Shown: positions 18,901 to 25,321, counted from the first letter of the stretch. The stretch is 62,672 bases of DNA from an uncultured Candidatus Saccharibacteria bacterium (GCA_964632605.1 CAZWBZ010000004.1:1-62672); one strand, 5' to 3'. The notes: a model not told the origin generated them from the sequence alone. Made by a program: numbers and translations.

Positions 18901-20346
18901 TATGGAATAAATGCAGGCAAAATCGCAATGACTGGTACTGCTGGCGTATTGGGTTATCAAACAATAGGTACTGATCCGGGGTCTCCATTTTCTAGAAATT
19001 CGGGTACTTACGATTTCCAAGGAGGTCAATACGTTGCTCCTAATAATGGTACTGTTACTAGTATGAGTGCTTGGGTTAAATCAAATAGTGGATCTTCAAT
19101 GAATTTTAAATTCGGTATTCAGAGATTAGTTGGAACTGATTGGGTAAAGGTTGCTGAATCTAGTAGTGTTAGCGGAGGCGCAGGAGGAAGTCCTTCTTGG
19201 GTAACAGCATCAATATCAGCTTCTCTTATTTCTGGGGAAACCTACTTTATTCAGGTTATTGGAGATGCACCTTTTGGTTTCTATTATGATGGAGGCCTCG
19301 CTGCTTCTTATGTTCAGACAGACGGCGCTTATAGTTCTTTTGCTGTGCCGTCATCACAAACAGATTCTTGGTATTCTAGTAACTGGGGTTGGTATACTAA
19401 TTATGCTAATACTATTTATGCAGATTATGTTTACGGAGGTGGAACTTTGGCTGGTAATTCTTCTGTAATTAATTTAACAGGTACTGGTAATTTGTTTGAC
19501 TATCTTGCCGGTACAGTTTCTCTTTCATCGGCAACGGTTAAGCTTACCGACCAATCTTCTACTGCAAAAACCTTTAATGGTGCTGGTAAGACATTTGGAA
19601 CTCTTTGGATAAATGGATCTGGAACTGGAGAATATACTATCAATGGTTCAAACACATTTACAACATTCAAAGTAGATACTCCTCCTCATACAATTAAATT
19701 TACAGCAGGAACAACAACAACCGTTACAGATTTTGATGTAAATGGTAATGGGGCTGCATCTTTGGTTACACTAAAAAGTACAGTAGATACAAGTAGTTGG
19801 ACTTTGTCTAAAGCTACTGGAACATTGCGTAATTACTATCTTTCAATTAGAGACAGTATTGCCACTGGCGGCGCTACATTCTTGGCGCTAAATAGTACAA
19901 ATGTTTCTGGTAATACTGGATGGCAATTCTTTGAATTCAGTGTTGGCGGCGGCGGTAGCGTGGAATCTAGCGCTAATGTTGGAAGCTGTGCTGATGGTCA
20001 GCAAAACGGTGACGAAACCGGAGTCGACACAGGAGGACGCTGCAGCGGTGGCGGCGGAGCTGGCGGCGATACAACAGGAACTTGCGCTGATGGTATTCAA
20101 AACGGCGATGAGACTGGTACAGACACAGGAGGACGCTGCAGCGGCTATACAGGAACTTGCGCTGATGGTATTCAAAATGGTAACGAGACTGGTACAGACA
20201 CAGGAGGACGCTGCAGCGGCGGCGGCGGAGCTGGCGGCGGAGGAGGAGATCTTGGTTATATAAAAAATAACAGAACTTTTATGATTGCATCTGCCGCGCA
20301 GTTTAACATCTTGAACCTTTTTAAGTATCTATTGGCTTACATTTAG
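6949..20346 (+). CDS. Giant (4465 aa) secreted surface protein made of autotransporter-associated beta-strand (PATR-type) repeats, three beta-sandwich modules and a Cys-repeat C-terminus
   Basis: Single uninterrupted ORF. N-terminal signal-like hydrophobic segment ending TFA-AV. Dozens of G(T/A)GTLxLSGxNTYTGxTTIxxGTL units. No beta-barrel translocator at the C-terminus. TAG stop. Confidence 0.85.
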   Translation: MIYFLKEFVINKKIVTVAKFSIVFLISGFFFFGNINSTFAAVRTWTGTTSGSWSVASNWGGTAPVTGDDLVFPGGASNLSNTNDLTENTIFNSITLSGSGYTLSGNPIILGAGLAGITDSASSGGNTIALNIRLDNVSPIFRNIVVTNTAETLTISGKIAGVGGIAKEGTGTLVLSGGNTFGGILKINAGVVNARHSTALGTIATGTEVVGGAALELQGDIDISYEALTLRGYGVDSNGALRNISGSNTYRGVISLTSAAGTEISSDSGTLTIAGGTSGSAPLVFDGAGNMVFSTTPITGTGIITKNGSGTVTFNFPNTNTGTLTINAGTILYGVNNAILSSAITVTGGTLDIASYSDMVGTVTLGTLDLAAGTITGTSGVLTSSTFTVYNGTISAIIAGDGGTLTKSTAGTVVLTRANQYTGATTVSLGILEIQDSYGLGTIDGITTVTAGATLQIDGSGLSIPEYITFSGTGHLYTGAIRNTTGNNTLTGLLTLGAAALIESDSSTTLTIDSKGISASTLGLTIGGAGNTTFTSSAPIYGTSATLTKVDAGTLTLQAFNNFTGATNFTYGDVVLSGSGAMPLSTAMTISAGASLTLDNTSATNIVDRLADALAITLNGGDFTFVGSNSIAVDETVGVLTAGIATQSGNSRITVTPGSGGSTTMQFASLTRTAGASILFRGTNLGSDPGAGVSNILFTTAPTLTGGTGAANSATIPIIQGAFGDNSPTGTGTDMVTYGRGNSNGLRLLNGAGFSGEYTTNFATTNANIKLTTATAAVTSSINSLILDGTASITNPGSAQVITLASGNILNLVSGNTVAGANTTIAAGAVEINILAPVDVDISALITTTGGLTKSGAGTLTFSTSKTYTGLTSINEGTLLAGTSNFVSSGNITVNNATLDIAGFSDTVGAVILQTGTITGTTGILTGTSYSFREGTVSAILGGAVALTRVATNTATDSVVLLTRENTYTGATTITSGILRIGAAGNGTNTPLGTTGGITTVANQGALDLNGFTLSTAESVSIASIGFGPGTSVAAGNSNMGSIMNTSGTPVSYSGAITLTAAARINADYGALTISGGISGAFAFTSGGFTNSTYTGVLSTITTLTKDGIGVLTLSNSNSFTGTTTISAGTVKLGTAGGATNTPLGTTAAATIVSAGARLDLNGFTLGAAESLTLNGVGYGLGDFASGALMNSSGSSVTYSGLITLGSSGTLIKVDSGSISLTAAGTISGATFGLILGGTGTGSLASIIGTTTGTVTKIGTGTWTLSGISTYTGATAVNNGTLKLGANSAGPTNSVLGTTGGATTVYSGGALDFNGFTLGIAEGVTINGRGVNDGGAFIGSSGTFSGAITQATDSRIANASGTLTLSAAVGGAFSLYIGGAGNITTSAVFAASALSITKQGAGTLTVTGANLYTGYTRVDAGTFAYAATTTLVATNLIMNGGTFNSGANADAIGTVTLIGGTITNSAALTGTSYTFESGTISGILAGAIAVTKNTNNTVTMTGVNTISSTITINAGTLTFSGAGTATAVTGVTVNLGGTLTLDNSTTASTDRLNGTANNVTLALNGGNFNFIGNTAAAASETMGAMTAASGHSTVTITPGAGGSTTMTFASFARTAGATILFRGTSLGSTAAANVSTLLFTAAPTLTGAAGAANSATISVIKGAFGDNSLSGTGTDMVTYNVGNTNGIRRLNATGFTGEYSAVLAANTNVKLTAGTAASTVSINSLILNGFDITNPGSAATVTMASASLSGNILINSANNIAGANTTIGITTFELDILATANSTVSAIIGTATTGSVVLSGTGNVTLSAANLYTSTTFINSATLTAGASNVLSSGGVTIVGGTYNLNGNSDTVGAISINAGTITTGAGTLTGNGTFSTVANNNAASIITGNLGLGANATFTINDGLMDNDALITAVISGAFTFGKAGAGVLELAGSNTFSGVTTISAGILRLGATGDATNTPLGTVAGSTNVSTASAALDLNGFTLGTAEPLTLTGNLATGALQNTSSSSVNYSGLITLGAASTIISNYGDINITNTGTISGATFGLTIGGAGNGSLSSILGTTSGTLTKNGLGVWTASGLSTYTGVTTISAGTFKLGAAGSGTNTPLGTSAGGVSITSGAIFDLNGFTLGTSETATINGTGIASIGAFINSSNNTISYNGALTMGAASRIVNYGTGVLTLTGAITGNFALTTVAVGGITQSTASVWSGTGSLIKEGSGTLILSGQNSTTGAMTVSTGKLQLGASGGAANTPLGTNAGGVTVAAGAALDFSTFSLGGASTYETLNVSGSGISNTGALIFAASTNNNFGAMTVAANTRIINSGSGTVIFGGVITAANGINLAIRGTGPTNINAAFGATATTATLTKWDSGILSINAVSITTGLIRVNGGTLKYGIADALATPAVTVAGGTWDLNGFSEGGTTLIGAVTLIGGSIVNTGGAATITSSATYTVESGTISAVLAGAAIAMNKNTGGTVTLSAANTFAGLTTINAGTLAWGINDALSSGALTVTGGTANLGTSTDTVGAVTLTSGFISSSTGVLTGTAYTFSNSGTVSAILAGSIGLTKTGTGTVSLLGSNTYTGTTTITAGVLRANSTTALGDGSATNTLVFNGGTLRAGGNISSPSGRAVTLTSTGLIDTNNYTVTLAGTIGSASGITKNGMGTLSTTGAVTLGAALTVNNGTFDQASSLSGPTAVTIATSGVWSNVGTGAVTLAGAVVNSGVITLNSNNGTTCIDGPNSILVRSSITNTLRAWSGTGIFNMQNLDVDDMTGAGVTVYNSTLSGDTTWTVGSCGVTVSGSANGNNAATVKLAINGTLQGSSTTISSSSWSLSSGSTVSAGDIITVWVDGVADNLESTAVTKYASGNITGMVLDTNVLTIGSNQNTSVSTTNLAQYEATDDEDVMHTSVSGALLVQGGSNSYTDETLSILASNTLTVNSSSTESITTEKITNAGTITASGTPTISLAGTSGTLFTNTGTFTAASSTVDLTGNGSATIASGTPTFYNLTSSGTGTKSLGEALTVTNILTVGNGTLDTTTANDYTINAGKIDFAGTSSSVMGYNTIAGSNTGTYISGNMLAQRFTASSSGTISQISVYLVDTGPNVFKVAVYSDNAGAPDTLLATSAGTGSSTTTPSWQTAAISLSVTSGVSYWFAVLGAGNLIMNYDVVGSGNKTADDGTNTYPTFNDPFNVSNYYTGTTVSIYADVTGSSGGTLKLNDSTVNVSGTGTVFDATGGTMDVSTGTSTIKLTDSSSSSKTFAGAGKTYDNLWIAPGSATGSYTISGDNTFLDFKDDGTGAHAINFTAGSTTTISTLTLDTNATQLITLQSTTPTSYWNLVDTSGTNTVSYVSITDSCASGGATWDAGNGTNTNGGHNCGWSFVSGITITGSANGNNTATVKVAVNGTLNGATTTIASSAWTLSGVSVANNDIITVWVDNVADNLESTAVTKYGGSGNITGMVLNTNVLTIGSNQNNSVSTTNLAQYEATDDEDVMHTSISGALLVQGGSNSYTDETLSVLASNTLTVNSSSTESITTEKIINAGTITASGTPLIEVNGTSGTLYTNTGTFTPASSTVNFTGNGTATLNSGTSSFYNLKVSGSGTKTLGAAVTAANNLEVQTGTLDTSSGSSYTVTAGKINITGGAGGTFGETSVLGSSNTTTKIITTRFTATATGVINKLTARVFASSGTVNMRAALYSKGTINSQDGPVNLLTSSPYSVSLSITDQWLEIPLNDYTVTNGVDYYFAIWGDATFGLHYDYNAGTYANRSYEDNGGTFPAWVNPITSGNGTHYDTIGSYYVTYVGAGTLVANGSTINVTGTSGTLFTKDSSGTFTAGTSTVNLTGNGSATINSGDPSFYNLTSSGTGTKSLGGALTATNTLTVSGGTFETTGSNHALNAGKIVFNSGTLNLNASTVNLSGTSGTLFTKTNGVLNAGTSTVNLNGNGSATVASGAPKFYNLNSSGTGTKSLGELLDIGGTLTVSNGTFDTTGSNYGINAGKIAMTGTAGVLGYQTIGTDPGSPFSRNSGTYDFQGGQYVAPNNGTVTSMSAWVKSNSGSSMNFKFGIQRLVGTDWVKVAESSSVSGGAGGSPSWVTASISASLISGETYFIQVIGDAPFGFYYDGGLAASYVQTDGAYSSFAVPSSQTDSWYSSNWGWYTNYANTIYADYVYGGGTLAGNSSVINLTGTGNLFDYLAGTVSLSSATVKLTDQSSTAKTFNGAGKTFGTLWINGSGTGEYTINGSNTFTTFKVDTPPHTIKFTAGTTTTVTDFDVNGNGAASLVTLKSTVDTSSWTLSKATGTLRNYYLSIRDSIATGGATFLALNSTNVSGNTGWQFFEFSVGGGGSVESSANVGSCADGQQNGDETGVDTGGRCSGGGGAGGDTTGTCADGIQNGDETGTDTGGRCSGYTGTCADGIQNGNETGTDTGGRCSGGGGAGGGGGDLGYIKNNRTFMIASAAQFNILNLFKYLLAYI
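19987..20214 (+). repeat. Three 57-nt Cys-bracketed coding repeats (C-A-D-G-x-Q-N-G-x-E-T-G-x-D-T-G-G-R-C) with Gly-rich spacers
   Basis: Units at 19987-20043, 20083-20139 and 20158-20214; the last two are nearly identical in DNA. This is a locally GC-rich patch, which also opens the spurious overlapping ORFs at 19888-20263. Confidence 0.8.
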
Positions 20347-20367
20347 AATAAAGAACATTTTTTATTC

Positions 20368-20397
20368 TTGTCAATGGATTTTTGGGCAAAATATAAT
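20368..20397 (+). promoter_or_regulatory. Candidate sigma70-type promoter
   Basis: TTGTCA (20368-20373), 18-nt spacer, TATAAT (20392-20397), downstream of the giant gene's stop. Confidence 0.35.
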
Positions 20398-20473
20398 TGA
20401 TATTAAGGCTTATCTTATATATAATTAACAGACAAGAGTTAGGAGCTCTAGTTTTATAAGATATATATTTATT

Positions 20474-20878
20474 ATGGAAGAAACAAACGCACCAAAAAAG
20501 GGAATGAGTTCTAAGATTGCAATCGTTATAGCTGTATTGGCTATAGCTGCAGCAGGGTATTTTTACTACCAGCTTTACAAAATGAAGCAAGACCCTAATG
20601 CTCAGGCAAGAAAAGAAGTTGCAGAATTAGTAACAAAAGTTTCAAAACTAGCAGTTTTGCCAGAAGGTGAAACACCAACTGTAGCTACAGTATCTGATAC
20701 TGAAGCTTTGAAAGAACAAGCTTTCTTTAAAAATGCAAAACAAGGCGATAAGGTTTTGATTTATGCAGAAGCTAAAAAAGCTTTTCTTTACAGTGTAGAA
20801 CTAAACAAAATTCTTGAAGTAGCACCATTAAATATTGGTTCTCAAAATAGTACAACTACTACAACAAAAACTAACTAG
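20474..20878 (+). CDS. Small N-terminally membrane-anchored protein, function unknown
   Basis: ATG start, one TM helix (IAIVIAVLAIAAAGYFYY), Thr-rich tail, TAG stop. Confidence 0.5.
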   Translation: MEETNAPKKGMSSKIAIVIAVLAIAAAGYFYYQLYKMKQDPNAQARKEVAELVTKVSKLAVLPEGETPTVATVSDTEALKEQAFFKNAKQGDKVLIYAEAKKAFLYSVELNKILEVAPLNIGSQNSTTTTTKTN

Positions 20879-20910
20879 TACGTTAGCGTAAGCACGCACT
20901 TAATCCCATT

Positions 20911-22266
20911 ATGAGAAGATTTGCAAAAAGTATTTTAAGTATTTCAGCATCTCTAATTGTGATGGGGTTTTTGTTTTCTTATGCTTATGCTCAGTACACT
21001 ACTAGTACAAATTTCCAAATAGAAAATCCTATTGTTGGAACAATGGAAGGAGGTATTTCTACTTCATCTAGCTTTCAATATGTTTCTAGCTCCGGACAGC
21101 TTGAAAGTGGTCAGTCTAGTTCTAGCTCTTTTATGAAGAATGCTGGATTTCTTTATTTTCCAATTGCGACAACTCCAGTAGTTGCAACCACTGCTGGTAA
21201 TGGGGCAGTGCTTGTATCATGGTCTGCATCAGTTGGAACGCTGGGTAACGTAACTAGCTATGAAGTAGGCGTCGGGACTAACGCTTTAGGACCATTTACA
21301 TATACTAATGTTAGTAACGTATTATCAAGCAATGTTACATCTTTGACTAACGGGACAACTTACTACTTCAAAGTACGTTCTTATGTTTCAGGATTAATTG
21401 TTAGTGAATCTGCAGCTGTTAGTGGTACACCTACGGCTGGTACTGGTACTACTACTGGCGGCGGCGGAGGTGGTGGAGGAGGCGGAGGCGTAACTGCTGG
21501 CGCTGTAACTGGAACAACTACAAGTGGAGATACAGGAACCGGAGACGGGCGTATAACTTTTTCTGGTAGAGCTTATCCTAATTCCAAAGTTTCTATTTTA
21601 AAAGATGGTGTTTTAGTTGTAAGTACTATTGCTGACCCCAAGGCTGATTTCTCTGTCAGTATTGGAACTCTTGCTAGCGGTAACTATAATTTCTCTGTTT
21701 ATGGACAAGACAGTAATGAAAGAAAGTCCAACTCATTTTCTTTCCCGGTATTTATATCTCAAGGTTCTACTATAAATATCGGAGGAATATTTCTTTCTCC
21801 TACAATTGATGTAGATAAGAGCGAAGTTAAACAAGGAGAAAACGTTGTTATTTTTGGCCAAAGTGTACCAAGTAGTGATATTACTATTTCTGTTCATTCA
21901 GAAAAAGAAATTTTTAATAAAGTAAAAACAGATAGTTCTGGTGTTTATTTATTAAACTTTGATACAGCTCAGCTTGAGATTGGATCCCACCTTGCAAAGT
22001 CTAAATCTGCCGTAGAGACAGAAGTTAGTCCTTTTGGTAACACTGTTGCTTTCAAGGTAGGTAATGAATCCAAAAAGAAAGAGGTAAATACTTGTTCGTC
22101 TCTTCGTGGAGACCTTAACTGTGACAAGAAAGTAAACCTGGTAGACTTTTCTATAATGGCTTATTGGTATAAGAAAAATAATCCTCCATCAAATGTGGAT
22201 TTAAATAAAGATGGAATTATTAGTTTGGTAGACTTTTCTATAATGGCATTTAATTGGACTGGATAA
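20911..22266 (+). CDS. Secreted protein with an FN3 domain, poly-Gly linker, Ig-like region and a C-terminal dockerin-type repeat pair
   Basis: Signal peptide. FN3-like SWSA...YEV...YYFKVRS. An 11-Gly run at ~21463-21495. The C-terminus GDLNCDKKVNLVDFSIMAYW...DLNKDGIISLVDFSIMAFNW is a duplicated dockerin Ca-binding motif. Confidence 0.7.
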   Translation: MRRFAKSILSISASLIVMGFLFSYAYAQYTTSTNFQIENPIVGTMEGGISTSSSFQYVSSSGQLESGQSSSSSFMKNAGFLYFPIATTPVVATTAGNGAVLVSWSASVGTLGNVTSYEVGVGTNALGPFTYTNVSNVLSSNVTSLTNGTTYYFKVRSYVSGLIVSESAAVSGTPTAGTGTTTGGGGGGGGGGGVTAGAVTGTTTSGDTGTGDGRITFSGRAYPNSKVSILKDGVLVVSTIADPKADFSVSIGTLASGNYNFSVYGQDSNERKSNSFSFPVFISQGSTINIGGIFLSPTIDVDKSEVKQGENVVIFGQSVPSSDITISVHSEKEIFNKVKTDSSGVYLLNFDTAQLEIGSHLAKSKSAVETEVSPFGNTVAFKVGNESKKKEVNTCSSLRGDLNCDKKVNLVDFSIMAYWYKKNNPPSNVDLNKDGIISLVDFSIMAFNWTG

Positions 22267-22269
22267 TAT

Positions 22270-23145
22270 ATGTATAAAAAAATAATCATAACTACAATTT
22301 TCTTTATTGCTTTTGCATTTAATGCTAATGCTTCAGAAATAAAGATATATCCAAGCAATACTAGCCCTGCTATTAACCAGGAATTTTTTGTTGATCTGGT
22401 TTTAGATACTGCAGGGGAAAGTATTAATGGTATCGAGGGTAATATTTCTTTTGACCCTAAAACACTTGTGTTTGTTAGATCAGAGAATTCTAAATCATTT
22501 ATAACCCATTGGATCGTTAGCCCAAGCGTCTCTTCTTCGGGATTAATAAAATTTTCCGGGATTGTGCCTAATGGGTTTATTGGGTTTTTTAATAGTGGTA
22601 CCGATGATACCAGTAAGGGTAATATAATGCGTCTTGTTTTTAAGCCTATTAAATCAGGTAATGCTATTATTTCTGTTTCAGATAGTTTTACTACTTTAAA
22701 TAATGGGGAAGGTACTGTGTCTACTAATATAGTTGTTAGTAGTTTAATAAATATTAGCTCTGATATAAAAGAAGAATCATATAATACTTTTGATGTTATC
22801 TCTCCACAGCTAAATGCCGAGATTGTGTCAGACCCAAATTTATATGACAATAAAAAAACTTTAGTCTTTAATGCTGTAGACAAAGAATCTGGCATCGAGG
22901 GGGTTTATTTGAAAAAAAATAAAGAATGGGTTTTTATTTCTAATCCATTTTTGTTGGAAGAGAGTGAATTGCAAGGTATACTAACTATAAAGGCTGTAGA
23001 CTTTGCAGGTAATAGCACTGTAAAAAGATTTTTGATACCAGGATATAGTAAGAATTTTCTTTATGGCTTAATTTTGGTACTAATAATTTTAACTGCTTTG
23101 TCTATCAGGTTTTTGTATAAGGTATATGCAAAAAATAAAATTTAA
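22270..23145 (+). CDS. Cohesin-like domain protein with signal peptide and C-terminal TM anchor
   Basis: IKIYPSNTSPAINQEFFVDLVLDTAGESINGIEGNISFDPKTLVFV resembles the cohesin-domain proteins annotated in CPR genomes. TM helix FLYGLILVLIILTALSI lies near the C-terminus. Confidence 0.6.
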   Translation: MYKKIIITTIFFIAFAFNANASEIKIYPSNTSPAINQEFFVDLVLDTAGESINGIEGNISFDPKTLVFVRSENSKSFITHWIVSPSVSSSGLIKFSGIVPNGFIGFFNSGTDDTSKGNIMRLVFKPIKSGNAIISVSDSFTTLNNGEGTVSTNIVVSSLINISSDIKEESYNTFDVISPQLNAEIVSDPNLYDNKKTLVFNAVDKESGIEGVYLKKNKEWVFISNPFLLEESELQGILTIKAVDFAGNSTVKRFLIPGYSKNFLYGLILVLIILTALSIRFLYKVYAKNKI

Positions 23146-24022
23146 AAAAATATTAATTTTTATTTGCGCGCTTATATTTATTTTAAGCAGTTCTTTTTCT
23201 GTTGTTAATGCTTCGACTTTAAGAATTTCGCCAGAAGCCGGTAGTTACAGTGTAGGCGATACTATTTATGTAAAGGTAATGGTGTCTAGCCCTAATGAGT
23301 CTATCAACGCTGTCTCTTCTAGGTTAAATTTTTCTCAAGAGAATCTTTCTTTAATATCTATCTCTAAATCTGGGTCTATTATTAGTATTTGGGCTCAGGA
23401 GCCTACATTTTCTAATGCTGCGGGTAGTGCGTCTTTTGAGGGGGTTACACTGGGCGGCTATACTGGCAGTGGCGCTACCGTTGTATCTTTATCTTTTAGA
23501 GCAAGAGCAGAAGGAAGAGCTTCTATCAATTTTACGTCAGGAGCTGTCTTAGCGAACGACGGAGAGGGCACTAATACTTTGACTGGTCAAAATGAGGCTA
23601 CATTTATTATTGGCCCTGCTCCTGTTACGGCTAACACAGAACCTACCAATACAGAGCCTAAAAATACTGTTCAGGAAATAAAAGAAAAAATAAAAGAAGT
23701 TGTTCAGACCAAGCCAGAAAATAAGCCAGGTGAAGTAATAAAGGAAATCCATACAATAGAATACCGTATGGTTAGGTTAGACCCAATGTATGTTTACATG
23801 ATTATTGCTTGGGTAGCGCTGCTTTTCGTTGTTCTTTATCTTTATATTAGATACAAAATCAAAGTTAAAAAAAGAATAAAAGACGTCGAGGGGATTATAG
23901 AGGAAAGCTTTGAAATTTTTAAAGAAGACGAAAAAGAAAAAAGCATAAAGACGCTAGATAGAGACTTTGATGACGCAGAAAAGGTTATAATAGATAAAAT
24001 GAAAGATATCGAAAAAATGTAA
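23126..24022 (+). CDS. Cohesin-like domain protein with signal peptide, C-terminal TM anchor and a charged cytoplasmic tail
   Basis: LRISPEAGSYSVGDTIYVKVMVSS...INAVSSRLNFSQENLSLISISKSGSIISIWAQEPTFSN. TM helix MYVYMIIAWVALLFVVLYLYI. Overlaps the upstream gene by 20 nt. Confidence 0.7.
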   Translation: MQKIKFKKILIFICALIFILSSSFSVVNASTLRISPEAGSYSVGDTIYVKVMVSSPNESINAVSSRLNFSQENLSLISISKSGSIISIWAQEPTFSNAAGSASFEGVTLGGYTGSGATVVSLSFRARAEGRASINFTSGAVLANDGEGTNTLTGQNEATFIIGPAPVTANTEPTNTEPKNTVQEIKEKIKEVVQTKPENKPGEVIKEIHTIEYRMVRLDPMYVYMIIAWVALLFVVLYLYIRYKIKVKKRIKDVEGIIEESFEIFKEDEKEKSIKTLDRDFDDAEKVIIDKMKDIEKM

Positions 24023-25308
24023 TGAATAAAAAAATATTTAAAATTTTCTCTATATTTTTTGCCTTAGTTCTAGCTACGGCGCCTTTGGCTATTTTAGCTG
24101 AAAGCTCTATAAATTTAGATGCTAAAAATCTTTTACCCAAAGTAGATATTTTTATTACACCAAGAAGTAGTACTTTTTTAGTAGGGTCTACTTTTCAGGC
24201 ACCTATTTATATTGATACAAAAGGTAACAATATAAATGCTATTAATCTTAAAATAAATTTTGACCCCAAAAAATTATCCATTGTAAATCCTTCTGGAGGG
24301 AAGTCTATTTTTGGTATTTGGGTTGAATCTCCTCAATACGATAATACTCATGGTACAGCTAGTCTTGCTGGTGTTGTCCCTGGTGGTATTGTTACTAGTT
24401 CTGGTCTTGTAATTACAATGACCTTTAAAGTTCTTTCTTCTGGCAGTACCAGAGTTACGATTAGTGATTCTTCTACCGTAAATGCTAATGATGGTCTGGG
24501 TTCAGAAATTTTAATGAATAAATCTGGGGCTACTTATACGTTGCAAAACAGAGCCCCTAACGGCGCACTTATATATTCTGATACTCATCCTTCTCAGGAT
24601 GATTGGTATAACAACAATAGTCCTTTGCTTGAATGGGGTAGCGACAATGCTAATTTGGGTTATAGTGTTCTTTTTGATAACACTGCTGGGTCTATTCCAG
24701 AGAATAAGATAACAAATAAAGAAGCTTCCCAGTTTTATGAAAATGTAAAAGACGGTATTTGGTATTTCCATGTAAAAACTTTGGCTAAGAATGTATGGGG
24801 CGCAACCAGTCATTTCAAAGTACGTATAGATACTGTGATGCCGGCAGAATTTTCTCCTACGGTAGATTCATTTAAAGATGAGCAGGGTAATAAGAAATAT
24901 ATGATATCGTTCTTTACTACAGATACGATGTCTGGTATTGACCATTACGAAGTTGGTTTAATTAATAAGAAAACCTTGGATACTGCTTCTCCTGTTTTTG
25001 TTGAAGCTCAATCTCCTTATGTTGCGCCGCAAGTTTCTGGTGATACACTGCGCGTAATTATTAGAGCTTACGATGGTGCGGGGAATGTAAGAGAATCTCA
25101 TGTTGATTTGTATCCAGGATTTACACTTGTTCAGGCTCTTAAAAAGACAGGGATATATCTTCTAATATTACTTGTAATAATCTTACTGCTTGAATTATTG
25201 CTGCATTATTTATTTGGACACCATATACTAGACCACCTAAAGAAGGCATACCAAACTTTCAAGACTGTTTCTAAAGACGAGTCAGGAGAAAATATACCAA
25301 GACCTTAA
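24022..25308 (+). CDS. Cohesin-like domain protein with an extra beta-rich domain and a C-terminal TM anchor
   Basis: FLVGSTFQAPIYIDTKGNNINAINLKINFDPKKLSIVNPSGGKSIFGIWVESPQYDN. TM helix IYLLILLVIILLLELLL. Its start overlaps the previous stop by 1 nt. Confidence 0.7.
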   Translation: MNKKIFKIFSIFFALVLATAPLAILAESSINLDAKNLLPKVDIFITPRSSTFLVGSTFQAPIYIDTKGNNINAINLKINFDPKKLSIVNPSGGKSIFGIWVESPQYDNTHGTASLAGVVPGGIVTSSGLVITMTFKVLSSGSTRVTISDSSTVNANDGLGSEILMNKSGATYTLQNRAPNGALIYSDTHPSQDDWYNNNSPLLEWGSDNANLGYSVLFDNTAGSIPENKITNKEASQFYENVKDGIWYFHVKTLAKNVWGATSHFKVRIDTVMPAEFSPTVDSFKDEQGNKKYMISFFTTDTMSGIDHYEVGLINKKTLDTASPVFVEAQSPYVAPQVSGDTLRVIIRAYDGAGNVRESHVDLYPGFTLVQALKKTGIYLLILLVIILLLELLLHYLFGHHILDHLKKAYQTFKTVSKDESGENIPRP

Positions 25309-25312
25309 TCTA

Positions 25313-25321
25313 TGGTATATT
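25313..25321 (+). promoter_or_regulatory. Extended -10 box (tggtatatt) ending 6 nt before the ATG: leaderless-type promoter
   Basis: TGn+TATATT at 25313-25321; ATG at 25328. Confidence 0.45.

Noticed and set aside
19888-20263. Overlapping 120-aa (+) and 95-aa (-) ORFs in the GC-rich tail of the giant gene
   Set aside because: They are caused by the GC-rich Gly/Cys repeat DNA, which lacks stop codons in several frames. Both are A/E/L-rich nonsense and nested in the main ORF.
6949-20346. Classical type V autotransporter
   Set aside because: PATR-type passenger repeats are present, but the C-terminus lacks anything resembling a 12-strand beta-barrel translocator. It is a Cys repeat plus a short hydrophobic tail, and the lineage probably has no outer membrane.
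1-20346. Diversity-generating retroelement (template/variable repeat pairs) acting on the giant surface genes
   Set aside because: No reverse transcriptase or accessory (Avd-like) gene is in the window. The internal repeats differ at all base types rather than showing adenine-specific mutation, and the 554-bp repeat is identical.
22161-22895. 244-aa minus-strand ORF overlapping the first cohesin-like gene
   Set aside because: It is antisense to a plus-strand ORF that has a signal peptide, a recognisable domain and operon coupling. The minus product has no motifs, and it would also overlap the 3' end of the dockerin gene. Judged spurious.
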